Assembly: GCA_937625935.1 (NCBI GenBank)
Contig: OW569344.1
Span: 186,001 to 250,000, forward strand
From: Tetramitus jugosus
Lineage: Eukaryota > Protista > Heterolobosea
Direction: 5' to 3'
Length of the DNA: 64,000 bases
Part shown: piece by piece, positions 1-14,024 of the stretch
How positions within the stretch are numbered: the stretch's first letter is position 1
Layout: each line of letters opens with the position of its first letter
Made by a program: the position numbers and the translations under genes
Notes under the pieces: generated by a model
Database searches by the model: none
What the model was told of the DNA's origin: nothing
What the model saw: the letters and a program-made list of their open reading frames with translations, nothing else

Positions 1-628
1 CCTGATTCAAATAATACTTGTGCAATCGCTTCTCTCGAATAAAACCCAGACCTTCATACAATCCGAGTGCCGCTCTATTGACACACTCTGTCTCCAACAC
101 CACTTCTCTTGCACCACTCTCTCTCATGGCTTCAATCGCCCGAGCCACCAATGCCCTTCCAATGCCTCTCTTTCGATAGCTTGAATCAACAGCAAGCATC
201 GCAATGTATCCTCTCATCTTTGTTGTTCCATATTGAACGTTCGAATGCTCATCACACTTGCACACAATCGCACCCATAATTTTACCACGATTGTTGTTGT
301 TGTTGTTCGTCTTGTTATGATCATCATCCTTGTTATTAGTCGTTTGATGATCATCACTGTCAGCAGATGAAGAAGATGTATCAATGGTCATGATGCACAA
401 TTCAGGCCAATTATTCACAAAGTAGCGATACGTGTAAACACTGTATGGTTCACTGAGATCAACATCCATGAGTTGTTTGATGGGTGGTAGTTCAGCCTCT
501 GATGTGTACACTTGGAAATGGAGTGATGAATTCTGGGGACATTCGTACAAGAGTTGTTCACTGATTGGTGTTGGTGTTGTTGTCTGATCTGGTGTTGGTG
601 TTGTTGTGGTTGAGGAGTGTTCACTCAT
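1..628 (-). CDS. NAA30: N-alpha-acetyltransferase 30 (NatC catalytic subunit, Mak3-like); 3' end runs off the window
   Basis: Not in the ORF track. Manual translation from ATG 628 gives MSEHSSTT...LMDVDLSEPYSVYTYRYFVNNWPELC...RGYIAMLAVDSSYRKRGIGRALV...EVVLETECVNRAALGLYEGLGFIREKRLHKYYLNQ, matching Naa30/Mak3 signature motifs. Confidence 0.93.
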   Translation of the reverse strand, partial: MSEHSSTTTTPTPDQTTTPTPISEQLLYECPQNSSLHFQVYTSEAELPPIKQLMDVDLSEPYSVYTYRYFVNNWPELCIMTIDTSSSSADSDDHQTTNNKDDDHNKTNNNNNNRGKIMGAIVCKCDEHSNVQYGTTKMRGYIAMLAVDSSYRKRGIGRALVARAIEAMRESGAREVVLETECVNRAALGLYEGLGFIREKRLHKYYLNQ

Positions 629-1262
629 TTTTTGCGTTTTCTTTGTTTGTGTCGCGGAAATTAGCGCGAATACAACCAAGTTGTAATCTTTGAAAAAGGA
701 ATGCTTATGATTTATTACTAGTGCGATTTCTGTTTGATTTTCGCACGAACAGGCCAAAATTCGGACATTTCGAACCATAGAGAAGCGGAAAAATCAGTCC
801 AAGCACGCATCAAAAAAAAAGTATGTTGCTCACACAGACATCTTCCAATGGAAACAATTCGTTTTGCCAGTTGTTTGACAAAGTCTCCTGACTATCACTT
901 TGACAGTATGCTTGTTATAGACTGACTGGTGGATGGTGACTGTGATGGTTGATGTGGATGGAATATCCAGCCCATTCCTTTAATTTTTGAATGGACTGAT
1001 GATTGTCGTGTGTTATTGGAATCAGACACAAAACAAAGTACCAGAGAAAGACATCAAAAGGAAGAAACAGTCCGAGTGTCGACTTGTTTGTCGCAATGCT
1101 TTGATTCAAAAAATCATTGCGATAATGTCTTGCATAAGTTAAAGTATTCTGTAAAATTGTTACCGTTTCATTCCTAATCGGGACTTCTTTGAGAAAAATT
1201 TCCCACGAACATCCAGATTTAGCCCTCCTATTTTGTTCTTCTCAAACAAAAATCTAACAGAT

Positions 1263-3084
<1,822 letters not shown>

Positions 3085-4101
3085 TCATCTCATAAACTCC
3101 CACTGAGAAATATACTTGACAGACATTTCGTATGTGACCAGTGTGATCAGTGCTGCAGGCACCACACGCAACAAATTGGTTCCCATTCCATTGTAGAATC
3201 CCCTGGCACCCTCATGCGCATAAATTTCTCTCACCGCGTGAAACATACCGCGATAATTGTGATTGTGCTTGTGATCTTGCAATCGATTCTTTAATACTTC
3301 ATGCGGATACGCTGCCACACTCGCAATCACCTTACTCACCACACTTGCAAACAACACTCGTTGCCATGTCAAGTTTTGATTCTGAAATTGTTGTTGTTGC
3401 TGTCTATTCTTACTTAAGTTTTCATCATTCTCATTCTCTTCTGTTGTCGTTGTCATTGTTCCATATTGTTTCAAGAATTCATAGCATGGGAACTGTATTC
3501 CGACATGAATCAATCCAAACAACGAAGGCACCAATCCACTATACAGTCCCTTGATTCCCTCTGTTTTCAACGTGACAGACAATGCATGAAACGTACTGCG
3601 GTACAATTTTTCTGTTCCTCTGTGCGTTTGCATCCTTGTTTTGACGACCCACAGTGGCATCGTTACAAAATTCGTAACAAATCCAGCGGACATGGCAGAC
3701 AAGACATGATTTCCACCAAAGTGCTGCTTGAACGACTCGTAACACAAAAAGTAGACGGACCAATTGGGAATGTAACCCATGAGACTGGGTCCCAATCCTC
3801 TATAGAGAGCACGAATTCCACCCTTTTCTGTAATGACAAGTTGACGAATCACACTGAGAATGCTGAGTCGTTGATTGCCTGTTGCCTTATCTACAATCAA
3901 TCGTGTTTTGATCGTGTCGAGTGGAGCTAACACGAGTGCGGATGTGAGACCAGAGATGGCACCTGCTGCGGCATGAACAAGCGTTGGGTGGGCCTTTGGT
4001 TGTGCTTGTTGTTGTTGATTGTTATTATTATTGTTATTATTGATTGTTGGTTGGTGGTTGGACAAGGACGTTGTCGTCGTCGACGTTGCTGTTGTTGACA
4101 T
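3085..4101 (-). CDS. Mitochondrial carrier (SLC25), NAD+/folate/FAD-transporter-like
   Basis: Three carrier repeats: PLDTIKTRL, PLWVVKTRM, PHEVLKNRL. PxWVVK and PHEV are typical of the Ndt1/SLC25A32 group. Confidence 0.88.
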   Translation of the reverse strand: MSTTATSTTTTSLSNHQPTINNNNNNNNQQQQAQPKAHPTLVHAAAGAISGLTSALVLAPLDTIKTRLIVDKATGNQRLSILSVIRQLVITEKGGIRALYRGLGPSLMGYIPNWSVYFLCYESFKQHFGGNHVLSAMSAGFVTNFVTMPLWVVKTRMQTHRGTEKLYRSTFHALSVTLKTEGIKGLYSGLVPSLFGLIHVGIQFPCYEFLKQYGTMTTTTEENENDENLSKNRQQQQQFQNQNLTWQRVLFASVVSKVIASVAAYPHEVLKNRLQDHKHNHNYRGMFHAVREIYAHEGARGFYNGMGTNLLRVVPAALITLVTYEMSVKYISQWEFMR

Positions 4102-4266
4102 GAACGATGCTTTATTTTTTTAAAAATTGGTGGTGTTGCTGTTGTTTGGAGGTGTTTGAGCTGTTTGGTGTGTTGAGGGCGCAATTGTTTTTTGCTTTGT
4201 GTGGGTTGTGAAATGGAATTTCTCAAAGTTGTGTTCGCAACGTGCGTGTACTTTAGACAAAAGTTT

Positions 4267-5520
4267 TTACGCAGTTAGAGAGAGTTCCTGACAGATCCAC
4301 TGTGAAACCTCTTGGCAGTATTTAGCCTCTTCTTCAGAGAGTTGGGACCCTGCAACTCTTCCTGCCTCAAGAATATCAGCTCTATTGAACCCGACTCCCT
4401 TCAGTGACTTCTCTAGCACTGGTACCCAATCGATGGCCAGACTGTCTGTGAAAATACTCACATCGTCAATGACAGATTGACTGACTTTGTCAATATGAAC
4501 ATCTACTAGTGCGAATGGGAACTTGTGAGTGAATTGGATGTTGAACTTTGGACTAGCACCAAATCTCCATTCTTCATTACTCATCTGAGCAATCTTCTCT
4601 TCAATTGAAGCATCGAATAGATCGTCACTCGACAAGACTTGCACAGTTTGATCATCTCCATGATAAAAGTCGACAAAACTCTTGTGAAGAGATTTGCAAA
4701 TGATATCATGATCAATCTTTTCTGCAAATGTATGCTGCTTCAATTGCACATTGGTCTCTTCGTACTTGCCGGTTGTCGGGTTCTTGCGCAACAGTACACC
4801 TTCTCCATGTTCTCGAATCACTTGATTCATCAATGATGGAACATTCTTAAGGTTGATGACCCGACTTCGAACAGATGTGATTCCCTTGCTCTGTAACTTC
4901 AATATGTTGGGAGTTAATATCTTTGCCATTTGCTCCATATCAACATCCACCAACAATGTGCCATGCTGTAGCTCTGCATGCTGCATTGCCTTGAATGCAG
5001 ATCCAGATATCTTCAAATCACATCCAGGAATAAAGCCACTGTTCGGAGGGACAATCGACTTGTCTTTCAAAGCCTCTAGATCAGGCACAAAAATAGTCAT
5101 ATCATTTCTGCCACTCACATCAACACTGTAACCTAGAGATGACATTGCATTCTTGATAATATCAAAGTTATCTTGCTTTGAGAACATGGATCTCGGTGAC
5201 AGGAACGTATAGATCGAGTTCCCTAGATCCTGATACACCGCACCTCCACCAGACTGTCTTCTCGCCAAATGAGCCTTGATCTCACTCATGTAATTGATAT
5301 TGCACTCGAGATATGGATTCTGGTATCTTCCGATCACAACTGTCGGTTCATTCCTCCATAGGAACAATGTTCTCTCACCATATGGTGTTGCACCACCAGC
5401 CGAGGTTGCCGCGAGTGATCTCTCAAGTGATGTCAACAAATGACCTTCGAACGACAAGTTATAAAATGGATTATGAGAGGAGCTATAAACAACCTTGAGG
5501 AGATTCTTCTTGAGAGACAT
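4267..5520 (-). CDS. lplA: Lipoate-protein ligase A
   Basis: LFLWRNEPTVVIGRYQNPYLEC, ARRQSGGGAVYQDLGN, GRND, KISGSA, HGTLL, KGITSVRSRVINL, and a C-terminal domain starting EWRFGASPKF. Confidence 0.93.
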   Translation of the reverse strand: MSLKKNLLKVVYSSSHNPFYNLSFEGHLLTSLERSLAATSAGGATPYGERTLFLWRNEPTVVIGRYQNPYLECNINYMSEIKAHLARRQSGGGAVYQDLGNSIYTFLSPRSMFSKQDNFDIIKNAMSSLGYSVDVSGRNDMTIFVPDLEALKDKSIVPPNSGFIPGCDLKISGSAFKAMQHAELQHGTLLVDVDMEQMAKILTPNILKLQSKGITSVRSRVINLKNVPSLMNQVIREHGEGVLLRKNPTTGKYEETNVQLKQHTFAEKIDHDIICKSLHKSFVDFYHGDDQTVQVLSSDDLFDASIEEKIAQMSNEEWRFGASPKFNIQFTHKFPFALVDVHIDKVSQSVIDDVSIFTDSLAIDWVPVLEKSLKGVGFNRADILEAGRVAGSQLSEEEAKYCQEVSQWICQELSLTA

Positions 5521-6158
5521 TTTGGATGATCCAATAAGACAATGGAAGAATTGGATCTGATTTTGTGAAATCGGTAAAACTTGTTCTTTGCTTTCCGACT
5601 GATGTCACGAATCAGAAATGCGTTGACCGCTGAAAGGAGGAACTCGCATGTTCGAGAAGAAGCAAGTTTTTTGTGTCCTTGGCTTTCTCGTAACAAGTTC
5701 TGGACAACGCCACCAAAAACAAGGCCAGGTACAACACTCATCACCCTTTATTTAACAAACGAAGGTTCGTTCGCACAAGAAGAAGCGCATCGTATTCGAA
5801 GATTGAACGATATCGGCCAAATTGATACATAAGCTGTCGTCATCATTTTTTTTCTCCTTACACAAAAACAACAAACAAATCAAAATTCTTGATCCAACAC
5901 CACGAACCTAAAATAAGCCTACAAGCTGCTAGCCCACATCTAAATATTCAAACATTCCAAATTCATTTCTCTCTTCCTCTCTCATTTGCATCGTATCCCC
6001 GTATCAATCACATAACAACAATCAAAAAACAAAACGCCAAAACAACTTTTGTCAAAATTGATCAACAACAAAAAGAGCAAAAATTGAAAAAACCCATTCG
6101 TAAATATTAATAATCATAAATTATACAACAACAACAACAAGATCATCAAAAAAAAGCA

Positions 6159-7414
6159 ATGTTAGACAGAAGAAACCTATCAAGTGTGTCGCATCAAGTA
6201 GCAGGGCATGGACAAGGCAATATGAGTATTGGTCTGTTACAAGTCGAAGGAAACGACAATACTGTGCTCAAGCCAATTCACTTGGCAAAAAAAGCAGGCA
6301 AATGTGAGTACGAGTTCTATGAGAACATGGTACACAATATGACGCCAAGAATGATGTCATTTATTCCACGATACTATGGAAAACAACAAGTCATGGACAG
6401 TAATTCAAAGAGTGTGCAAGGTATGTTGTTGTTGTTGTGTGTTCTCTGTTTCTGCATGCGAACTTTTTGAGCGCGTTTTTTTTTTCGTAAATTGACGTCA
6501 GTTCGCGTGTGTTGACCGCCAAAATTTTTTTCTTCTGTTTGAGGATATGCATCCTTGATGACCATCACTGTATGGAAAGCTAACATTTCACATTTTATTC
6601 ACTTGAAAAATTAATAGATTATTTACAGCTTGAGAATTTGCTGAGCAAGTTCAAGAAACCCTGTCTGATTGATATTAAGCTTGGTTATCGAACATATGAC
6701 GAAGATGCAACAACCTTGAAAATTTCTCAAGAAATTGCAAAATATTTTTATCAAAAGACAATTGGATTCCGCTTGAGTGGAATGAAGATTTACAATTATG
6801 AATCTGACAAGTATGATGTGTATTCTAGGGATTGGGGACGATCGATCCCACCTGCTAGAATGAGCAAGGAATTACTCAAATTCTTTCTGCCGACCCCTCC
6901 TTTGTCCAACTCCACCAACTCATCTTCTTCTTCATCTTCTTCGTTTGTAAGTAATAGTAGTAATAATAACAATAGTAGTAATAATAATAGTAATAATAAT
7001 AATAGTAGTAATCAAAATAGTACGGAAATTTGTGGCCTTGATGCTTCTGAAATGAATGAGATTGTTCAGCATCGATTGGACAGTTTCATTGGAAAGCTGC
7101 AAGATTTGCTTCATGTTTTCCAACACGAACAAGACAAGTATCGATTTTATGCGAGCAGTATTTTGTGCGTGTATGAAGGAGATTGGAGCTCGGGGAGCGA
7201 AATCTTGCGCGATTGTGAGTTAAGAATGATCGATTTTGCGCATGTATTCCCCATTCCAGACTCAGAGTCAACTGAGGAGAGAAGAGATCAGAACGTGCTG
7301 TTTGGCCTCAGAAGTATTTTAAGTTATTTATTGGAGATGAGGGATGGAGCAGTGAGGCCTCGATCTCCGGTCGATGTATTGACCGTCGCTGCTACGGCTG
7401 TAAGTGCTCACTAA
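6159..7414 (+). CDS. Inositol polyphosphate kinase (IPMK/IP6K family); intron 6421-6617
   Basis: HQVAGH in exon 1. The splice gives DYLQLENLL. Motifs PCLIDIKLG (PxxxDxKxG), SSIL and MIDFAH. Confidence 0.92.
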
Positions 7415-7551
7415 CCAATGAGGGAAACATGAGTATAAAAAATAAAATATGTATGTACCATACGTACACTTCATTACGAAAACAGCGTGACTTTTTTCTC
7501 CGATTGTTCTTGTGTGTTTACTGCTAAATTGAACGCAGAAGATTGCAGACG

Positions 7552-9161
7552 ATGACCAAAATCATTGCTAACTATCAGATTGGTAGAACTCTTGGTCATG
7601 GCAAATATAGCAAAGGTAATTCACACTATTCATTCCTTACTTCAAAAACATAGCATCATCTGTTCACAAGCTTTCATTTACAGTGAAATATGTCGTGGAC
7701 ATGGAGACGAAGAAGACTCACGCAGTTAAAATTATGAATCTGAGCTCTATTCGAAGAGACAAGATGGAAATGCAAATTAAAAGAGAGATCGCTATTATGA
7801 AGATTATGAAACATAAGCACATTGTTCAATTGAGAGAGGTGTTACAAACTGATCGAAACATTTATATTGTAATGGAGTTGGTTACAGGTGGAGAATTGTT
7901 TGACAAGATAGTGGCTGAGAAGAAGTTTACAGAGTCTGTAGCTCGAAGGTATTTCCAACAACTGGTCGTAGCCATAGAATATTGTCACAGTCATGGAATC
8001 GCTCATAGAGGTATGAGTTTCCTTTATCAAATATCATTGAATTAAGACAATTTGAACTAACTTGATGGACTGAATACCATCTCATAGACTTGAAGCCAGA
8101 AAACCTCTTACTAGATTCATTTGATCAATTGAAAGTAACTGATTTCGGGTTATCTAGTATCGTACCGAACAAACACGGAGGAAACAGGTTATTGATGACG
8201 ACATGTGGAACTCCGAACTATGTAGCACCTGAAGTTATCAAAGAAAAAGGTTATGATGGTTTTCTTGCTGATGTCTGGTCGATGGGAGTCATCTTGTATG
8301 TTATGTTATCTGGGAAACTTCCATTCGAAGACAAGTCAATAGATTCGTTGTTCAAGAAGATTGAAGCAGGAAAGGTCACCTATCCGAACTATATCCCAAC
8401 AGAGGCAAAGGATTTGATCCAAAAGATCTTACATGTCAACCCCAAGAAGAGAATAAGTGTAGCCCAGATTAAACAACACAAGTGGGTTAAAGCAGGATGG
8501 ATAGAAGATAGCCAAGTCACAACGGAGAGGGTATTGGTATCTCCCAATGATATAACCAATGCTGTTCAAGATTCTTTTTGTCGCAAGGAACCCAATGAAA
8601 CAGAAGGTAGAATTGAAACAGCACCCATGAATGCCTTTGAAATTGCTTCACAGTTTATGATGGGCAGCATATCAACGATGGCTACCGGAGAATCAATCAA
8701 AAGAAGCACGAGGTTTATGGCGAATGGAGATGGTGAAACAGTCAAAAAGCGAATACTAGAGGTATTGGAGAAGATGAAGGTCAATTCGAAAGAAAAGACA
8801 AAATTTGAGGTATGTTATGATCTATGTATTGAGCTGATTCTAAGTTTTGATACTCATATGTTCTTTAGGTTCGATGTTTTGTTTATACTGGAGATGTATC
8901 AAACACCATTGTATCGTTTGCTGTCATTATTATACCCACAATTGTCAAGGAGTTAACGATTGTTGAATTTCAAAGAGGAAGGGTATGAAAATGTAGTTTG
9001 TGAACCTTTTTCTTCGATCTAATTCCCTAAACAGACTCTAACTCGCCTCAATACGCAATCAGGGAGATGTTCTCGAATTCCAACAGTTCTATCGACTCTT
9101 CCTCCAGGGAATCCAAGCCATTGTATGCAGCCAAGCATGCTTGCAGAAAACGAATCTTTGA
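7552..9161 (+). CDS. CBL-interacting (CIPK/SnRK3-like) Ser/Thr kinase; introns 7616-7683, 8011-8087, 8810-8868, 8983-9062
   Basis: The spliced product has LGHGKYSKV, AVK, HRDLKPEN, DFG, TCGTPNYVAPE, the NAF motif (PMNAFEI) and C-terminal VEFQRGRGDVLEFQQFY. All four introns are GT-AG and frame-consistent. Confidence 0.88.
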
Positions 9162-9586
9162 TTGATGACATGTCCCGTGGGCTTGATGGAGAAAAAAAAT
9201 CTCAATTCGCCGACCAACAAGTTCCACCATGTGTCGACAAAAAAAATTTGGGGACATCTTGGAAATAAAGTTTTGTCGCCATCAACAAACAGCAAACAGA
9301 CAAAAAAGCTCAACAACGCCCAAAAAACCTCCTCAACACCCAAAAACGAATCCAAACCTTCCTCCACCAACACACCAATATAGTGGACAAACACAACTAC
9401 GTTGGCGACGCGCAAAAACAACAACAAACATTCCTTTTTTGCAACGTTGCTTTTTGTTGAAGGAAAACTCTCTTATTGAACCTTACACACAAATTGGACA
9501 CTCCGTTTTTGCATCTCATATATTTTCATCACATCCATAACTACCTATACTCTCTCTCTCTATTCATCCATCCATCCATTAACAAC

Positions 9587-12500
9587 ATGAACTATCACAA
9601 CAATAACAATGATGATAGTACGAATACTAATAATACTAATAATAATAACAATACATTGTTGATTAAGCGACGCTCATCATCACTCATTACGACACCTACG
9701 GCAGCATCACCCAGTCAACCCATTGCGATGAAAATCAATCATCAACAACAACAACACTCGCAACAACAATCCTTACCACGAAAAAGTGTTTCTTTTTTGA
9801 CGCACCAACCACCACCCATGATGAGATACAGTAACAGTGCTGGAGTTCATTATTTTCATCATGACTATGATGATGATGACCATCACGATGACCACCATCA
9901 TCATGACGATGATGATGATGATGGTACATTGACTCCAATCAAAAGAGAACACGTGCATGACAGTCGCACTCAACACAACAACAACAACAACAATAACAAT
10001 AACAATACGACTCCCACAAACAACAGCAACAGCAAAAATAACAAAATTTTTGTTTATTATTTGGGAGAGAATGAAGGAGCAGCCGATTCATCACCACCCA
10101 TGACTCAATATGACAATCAAGCGAGTCCCAACGCACATCATCATCAACAACAACAATTACCATACTTTTATGGTAGTGGTGATTCATCTTCCTCTTCGCC
10201 ATTGGTCATTGGTCGGAGTATCGATGATTTTGGTGTTACTGCTGCTTCTGCCATGGGACAAAAAAGTACTACTCTACTCGTGAACAATAGTGATAGTAGC
10301 ATTGTTAGTGGAGGTGGTGGTGATAGCAGTAGTAATATTGGTGGTGATTTAGTCATGTTTCCAAGAAGGCTTTCAGGCAATGGATCGAGTCGATTGAGGC
10401 AGAGAGTATCTCCTCCTTCGAATTTAAATTTGCGTGATTTGAGTGCTAGTGCACCCAATACCTCACCATTGCATCGCTTTTCACCAACAACGGATCACGA
10501 ATCGAGAATGTATCGGGCGAGTGGCTATGATGACAACGATGACGATGCAGCCTACGATGATGATGAAGATGTTGGTGGTGGTCAGTACGGCTATTATCGA
10601 GGTACAAGGAGTGGCAGTATGACTAGCAGTAATCGATCGAGTAACAAATGGTACACTGGAGGCGAGAACGGAATGCCAATGTATCGGAGAGCGAGAGGAA
10701 ACACGGACGCAATGATTCGAGAGTGTCAGACACCTAATCCGAAAACGCTTCATTCCTCGAAATCTGCAAGTAATTTGCTCTATACGCCACAACCCCAACC
10801 AAACTATCATCGAAATTTTGGCAAGTCGCCAATCAATGAATATTTTTTCGATTTGGTGTCATCCGATTTGATTATCATGGAACAGAAAAAGCGACGAAAT
10901 TCAACCGCACACGAAGATACATCGTCCGAGGAGGATAGTGACGATGAGGATGTGGTTTTGTTGGATGCGAGAAGCAATCCTCAATTATCTCTGCCTGCGT
11001 TTAAGGAGCGGAGTCAAACAATGGGCGGAGGAAAGCTAATGCAAGCGAGACACCTTCCACCCCTATCTTTCACCTCAAAGCACGACTCATTTACATCATA
11101 TGATCTCGATTCACCGAGAAAGCACAAGGCCTATAGCTTAGATTTGCGGGGCAATAATGATTGGTTCACGCGAAAGATGACAACGATAAAGCAGCAAACG
11201 GATCAAGACTTGAGAATGTACATTTCTGAACTGAATGAGATGGTGCTATCAAAGTTTCATGGAACCTTGGATTCACCTGCCGAAGTATCACCAAAGGATG
11301 ATATTGAGAAATTGTTGCGCGATCACATACGGGTTTTAAAGACAATTGCTCAGAATATTATTGAATGTTCAGTGCAACAACTAAAAGATGGTGAACACAA
11401 GCAAATTGTGAAGCACTTGCAAAAGTTGAATTCTTCTCTCTTGGGTCAAGAGAGAAAATTGAAGGATCACTCTAGTTCAAATTTGGAAGCGAGACGACTC
11501 GTCAATAAGGAGTGTTCCAAACTGGTGCGAAAACTTATCTTTATTTTCTCTCGATGCTCCCGATTGTTGGAATATCTTCGTGTTCATGAGAACAGCACGA
11601 CAGGCGTTTCGAAGCGAGAAATGGATGAAATTGTACCCAAGAAGCGAAACAGAATTCAATCTTTGATGGTGCCAAAACAAACAACGCATGATTTGGATCT
11701 TCGGTTACACCGGATACCAGATGCTATTAAGGACTTGGACGTTAATGTCACAACTCCAACAAAGCCAGTCCCATCAGATCGGCTGGACTTGGGGTTGCCA
11801 AAAATCGAGCCAGTTAGTCCAGCTGACTCGCTAACAGACTCAATATTAACCCCAATTTCGCCTGTGACACCAATTTTGCCAAAGGATACAAAGAGTGATG
11901 GATTCTTGAGCAAGATTATTTCCAAATGGAAGAATCTTATTTCGAGCAAACCTGAAAAGAAACCAGATCTTTTGGATATTGAGATCGATTCACCATCCAA
12001 ATCACCCACAAAATCCGGACCCAAAACAATCGAACTTTTGTGTCGAATATGCGAGGAACTCGTTCGGAGCGATGAAATTGAAACCCACTCAAAAACATGT
12101 GCTCTGCGGCACGATATTGATATGCGTTCGGTGACTTGTGATGATAGGTTGAAGAAACTCGTCAAATCTATACAGAAGAAGATTCAACAATCTAATAGTG
12201 AAAGTTCTAAGACAAATTGCTTGACAGGAGAGGAAGCTAGCACTCTAAGTGCATTCAGCAAAGTTGCATACAAGGCTGCTTGTCTCAAGTACACGGCCGA
12301 AAACACGCTTGCCCTTCAAACTCTAATTAATGATCTTGGTTTAGTTCAGGCTAATCATCAGAAATATGTTTTGGAGCAGTCTCGAGGCGGTGAAGTGACA
12401 CCACCAAGACGTTCTAGAAGTTCCGGAAATGAATTAACCCTAGGAATGTTCTTTAAACGGATTGAAGAAGTGATGAAGCTGAAACTGAAAACGATGCAAG

Positions 12501-13930
12501 ATCGAAACCAGTTGTCTCCTAATGTGAGAGTACATCGCGTTTCCATTACGGATTTTGAGATATTGAAACCAATTAGCAAGGGTGCATTTGGACATGTGTT
12601 TCTGGCCAAGAAGAAGAAAACGGGAGATGTTTACGCAATTAAGGTGCTCAAGAAGCGAGACATGATTCGGAAAAACAAGACGAAAAATGTTATTGCAGAA
12701 CGTAATGTGATGGCTACTGTGGCAACGAATGATTTCTTTGTTCGCTTCTATTACTCATTCTCGGGCAAAGAGTACTTATACATTGTGATGGAATATTGTC
12801 CTGGAGGTGATTTGTTCTCACTTTTGCGAGCGAAGGAGCAATTTGAGTGTGACATGATTCGCCAATATGCCGCAGAAATTGTACTCGCTTTAGAGCATCT
12901 GCATGTCAATGGTATTGTTCATCGTGACTTAAAACCGGACAATATTCTCATTGGTCAGGATGGTCATATCAAGTTGACAGATTTTGGTCTGTCAGAGTTC
13001 GGTTTGATCGACAGAGATCCCTTCTCAGAGATTGATGACTTTGATGTGAATATGGGCAGTTCTTCTCCATCATCACTCTCCACATCTCCAGCCCGGGCGA
13101 GCAACATGGAAGAATCACATCTCGGTGATGGAAACAGTGCCCTGGCTACTCAGGGAACACCAGACTATCTTGCACCAGAGTTACTCCTGGGTAATGAACA
13201 CTCGTATCCTGTGGATTATTGGGCTCTGGGATGCATTATTTATGAATTCTTGTACGGTGTTCCTCCATTCAATGACAAGTCTCCATCACTGATATTCGAT
13301 CATATCTTGAGTATGGATATTGAGTGGCCTGATTTGGGAGATCCGGAAGATGACGATGATGAGATGAGAGATATTCGCTTGTGTTCCGATCTGGCCAAAA
13401 AGTTATTGAGTCCTGATCCTAGTAAGAGATTGGACGCAAAGGGAGTGAAAGCTCACGAATTTTTCGCTGGAATGGAGTGGGACAAGGTTTTAACACAGGA
13501 ACCACCATTTATTCCAACACCCAAAACAGAAGAGGATACACAATATTTCAATGCTCGAATGCCAATGTATCCCGTATCGGAAGATGAAAGTGCAGCACTG
13601 ATGAACGATAGTATTTCAACAGTGTCTCCGTCAAACGACGGAATGAAGCCGACCATGGTCGGCATAAATCGAAGAGGTAGTGTCATGAGCAATGGATCGG
13701 ATCGAGGTGATGCCACTCAATCAGGCAGCTTTGACGAAATGTTGAGTCCCTCGATGTCATCCTCGATGGACTTCTCGTTTGGCAATGTGCAACACTCTGA
13801 GAATCTGGCGCACAGAACAAAGCAAGAGTATCAGAATATTACCAGACGAAAGAACTCGTTGAGTCTCGCGGATAGACAAAGCGAACAACAAGGAGGACGT
13901 GCAGACACATCTCCCATGACTAACAAATAA
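9587..13930 (+). CDS. AGC kinase of the MAST/Greatwall/IRE/Rim15 family
   Basis: ITDFEILKPISKGAFGHV, HRDLKPDN, DFGLS followed by an activation-loop insert, GTPDYLAPE, and a zinc finger CRICEE...HSKTC. The N-terminus is long and low-complexity. First ATG is at 9587. Confidence 0.92.
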   Translation: MNYHNNNNDDSTNTNNTNNNNNTLLIKRRSSSLITTPTAASPSQPIAMKINHQQQQHSQQQSLPRKSVSFLTHQPPPMMRYSNSAGVHYFHHDYDDDDHHDDHHHHDDDDDDGTLTPIKREHVHDSRTQHNNNNNNNNNNTTPTNNSNSKNNKIFVYYLGENEGAADSSPPMTQYDNQASPNAHHHQQQQLPYFYGSGDSSSSSPLVIGRSIDDFGVTAASAMGQKSTTLLVNNSDSSIVSGGGGDSSSNIGGDLVMFPRRLSGNGSSRLRQRVSPPSNLNLRDLSASAPNTSPLHRFSPTTDHESRMYRASGYDDNDDDAAYDDDEDVGGGQYGYYRGTRSGSMTSSNRSSNKWYTGGENGMPMYRRARGNTDAMIRECQTPNPKTLHSSKSASNLLYTPQPQPNYHRNFGKSPINEYFFDLVSSDLIIMEQKKRRNSTAHEDTSSEEDSDDEDVVLLDARSNPQLSLPAFKERSQTMGGGKLMQARHLPPLSFTSKHDSFTSYDLDSPRKHKAYSLDLRGNNDWFTRKMTTIKQQTDQDLRMYISELNEMVLSKFHGTLDSPAEVSPKDDIEKLLRDHIRVLKTIAQNIIECSVQQLKDGEHKQIVKHLQKLNSSLLGQERKLKDHSSSNLEARRLVNKECSKLVRKLIFIFSRCSRLLEYLRVHENSTTGVSKREMDEIVPKKRNRIQSLMVPKQTTHDLDLRLHRIPDAIKDLDVNVTTPTKPVPSDRLDLGLPKIEPVSPADSLTDSILTPISPVTPILPKDTKSDGFLSKIISKWKNLISSKPEKKPDLLDIEIDSPSKSPTKSGPKTIELLCRICEELVRSDEIETHSKTCALRHDIDMRSVTCDDRLKKLVKSIQKKIQQSNSESSKTNCLTGEEASTLSAFSKVAYKAACLKYTAENTLALQTLINDLGLVQANHQKYVLEQSRGGEVTPPRRSRSSGNELTLGMFFKRIEEVMKLKLKTMQDRNQLSPNVRVHRVSITDFEILKPISKGAFGHVFLAKKKKTGDVYAIKVLKKRDMIRKNKTKNVIAERNVMATVATNDFFVRFYYSFSGKEYLYIVMEYCPGGDLFSLLRAKEQFECDMIRQYAAEIVLALEHLHVNGIVHRDLKPDNILIGQDGHIKLTDFGLSEFGLIDRDPFSEIDDFDVNMGSSSPSSLSTSPARASNMEESHLGDGNSALATQGTPDYLAPELLLGNEHSYPVDYWALGCIIYEFLYGVPPFNDKSPSLIFDHILSMDIEWPDLGDPEDDDDEMRDIRLCSDLAKKLLSPDPSKRLDAKGVKAHEFFAGMEWDKVLTQEPPFIPTPKTEEDTQYFNARMPMYPVSEDESAALMNDSISTVSPSNDGMKPTMVGINRRGSVMSNGSDRGDATQSGSFDEMLSPSMSSSMDFSFGNVQHSENLAHRTKQEYQNITRRKNSLSLADRQSEQQGGRADTSPMTNK

Positions 13931-14024
13931 AGCACCACCATAACTTATCAACATAAACGATGTTTGTACATCCAAGTTAAAGGAAGGTATGAATTGATAC
14001 TACCTACTATTACTACTATACAAT

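Noticed and set aside
630-1260. Intergenic segment with Sm-like AATTTTTGA and a TGATGA box
   Set aside because: No matching box D or snRNA-specific loops; the short motifs are expected by chance.
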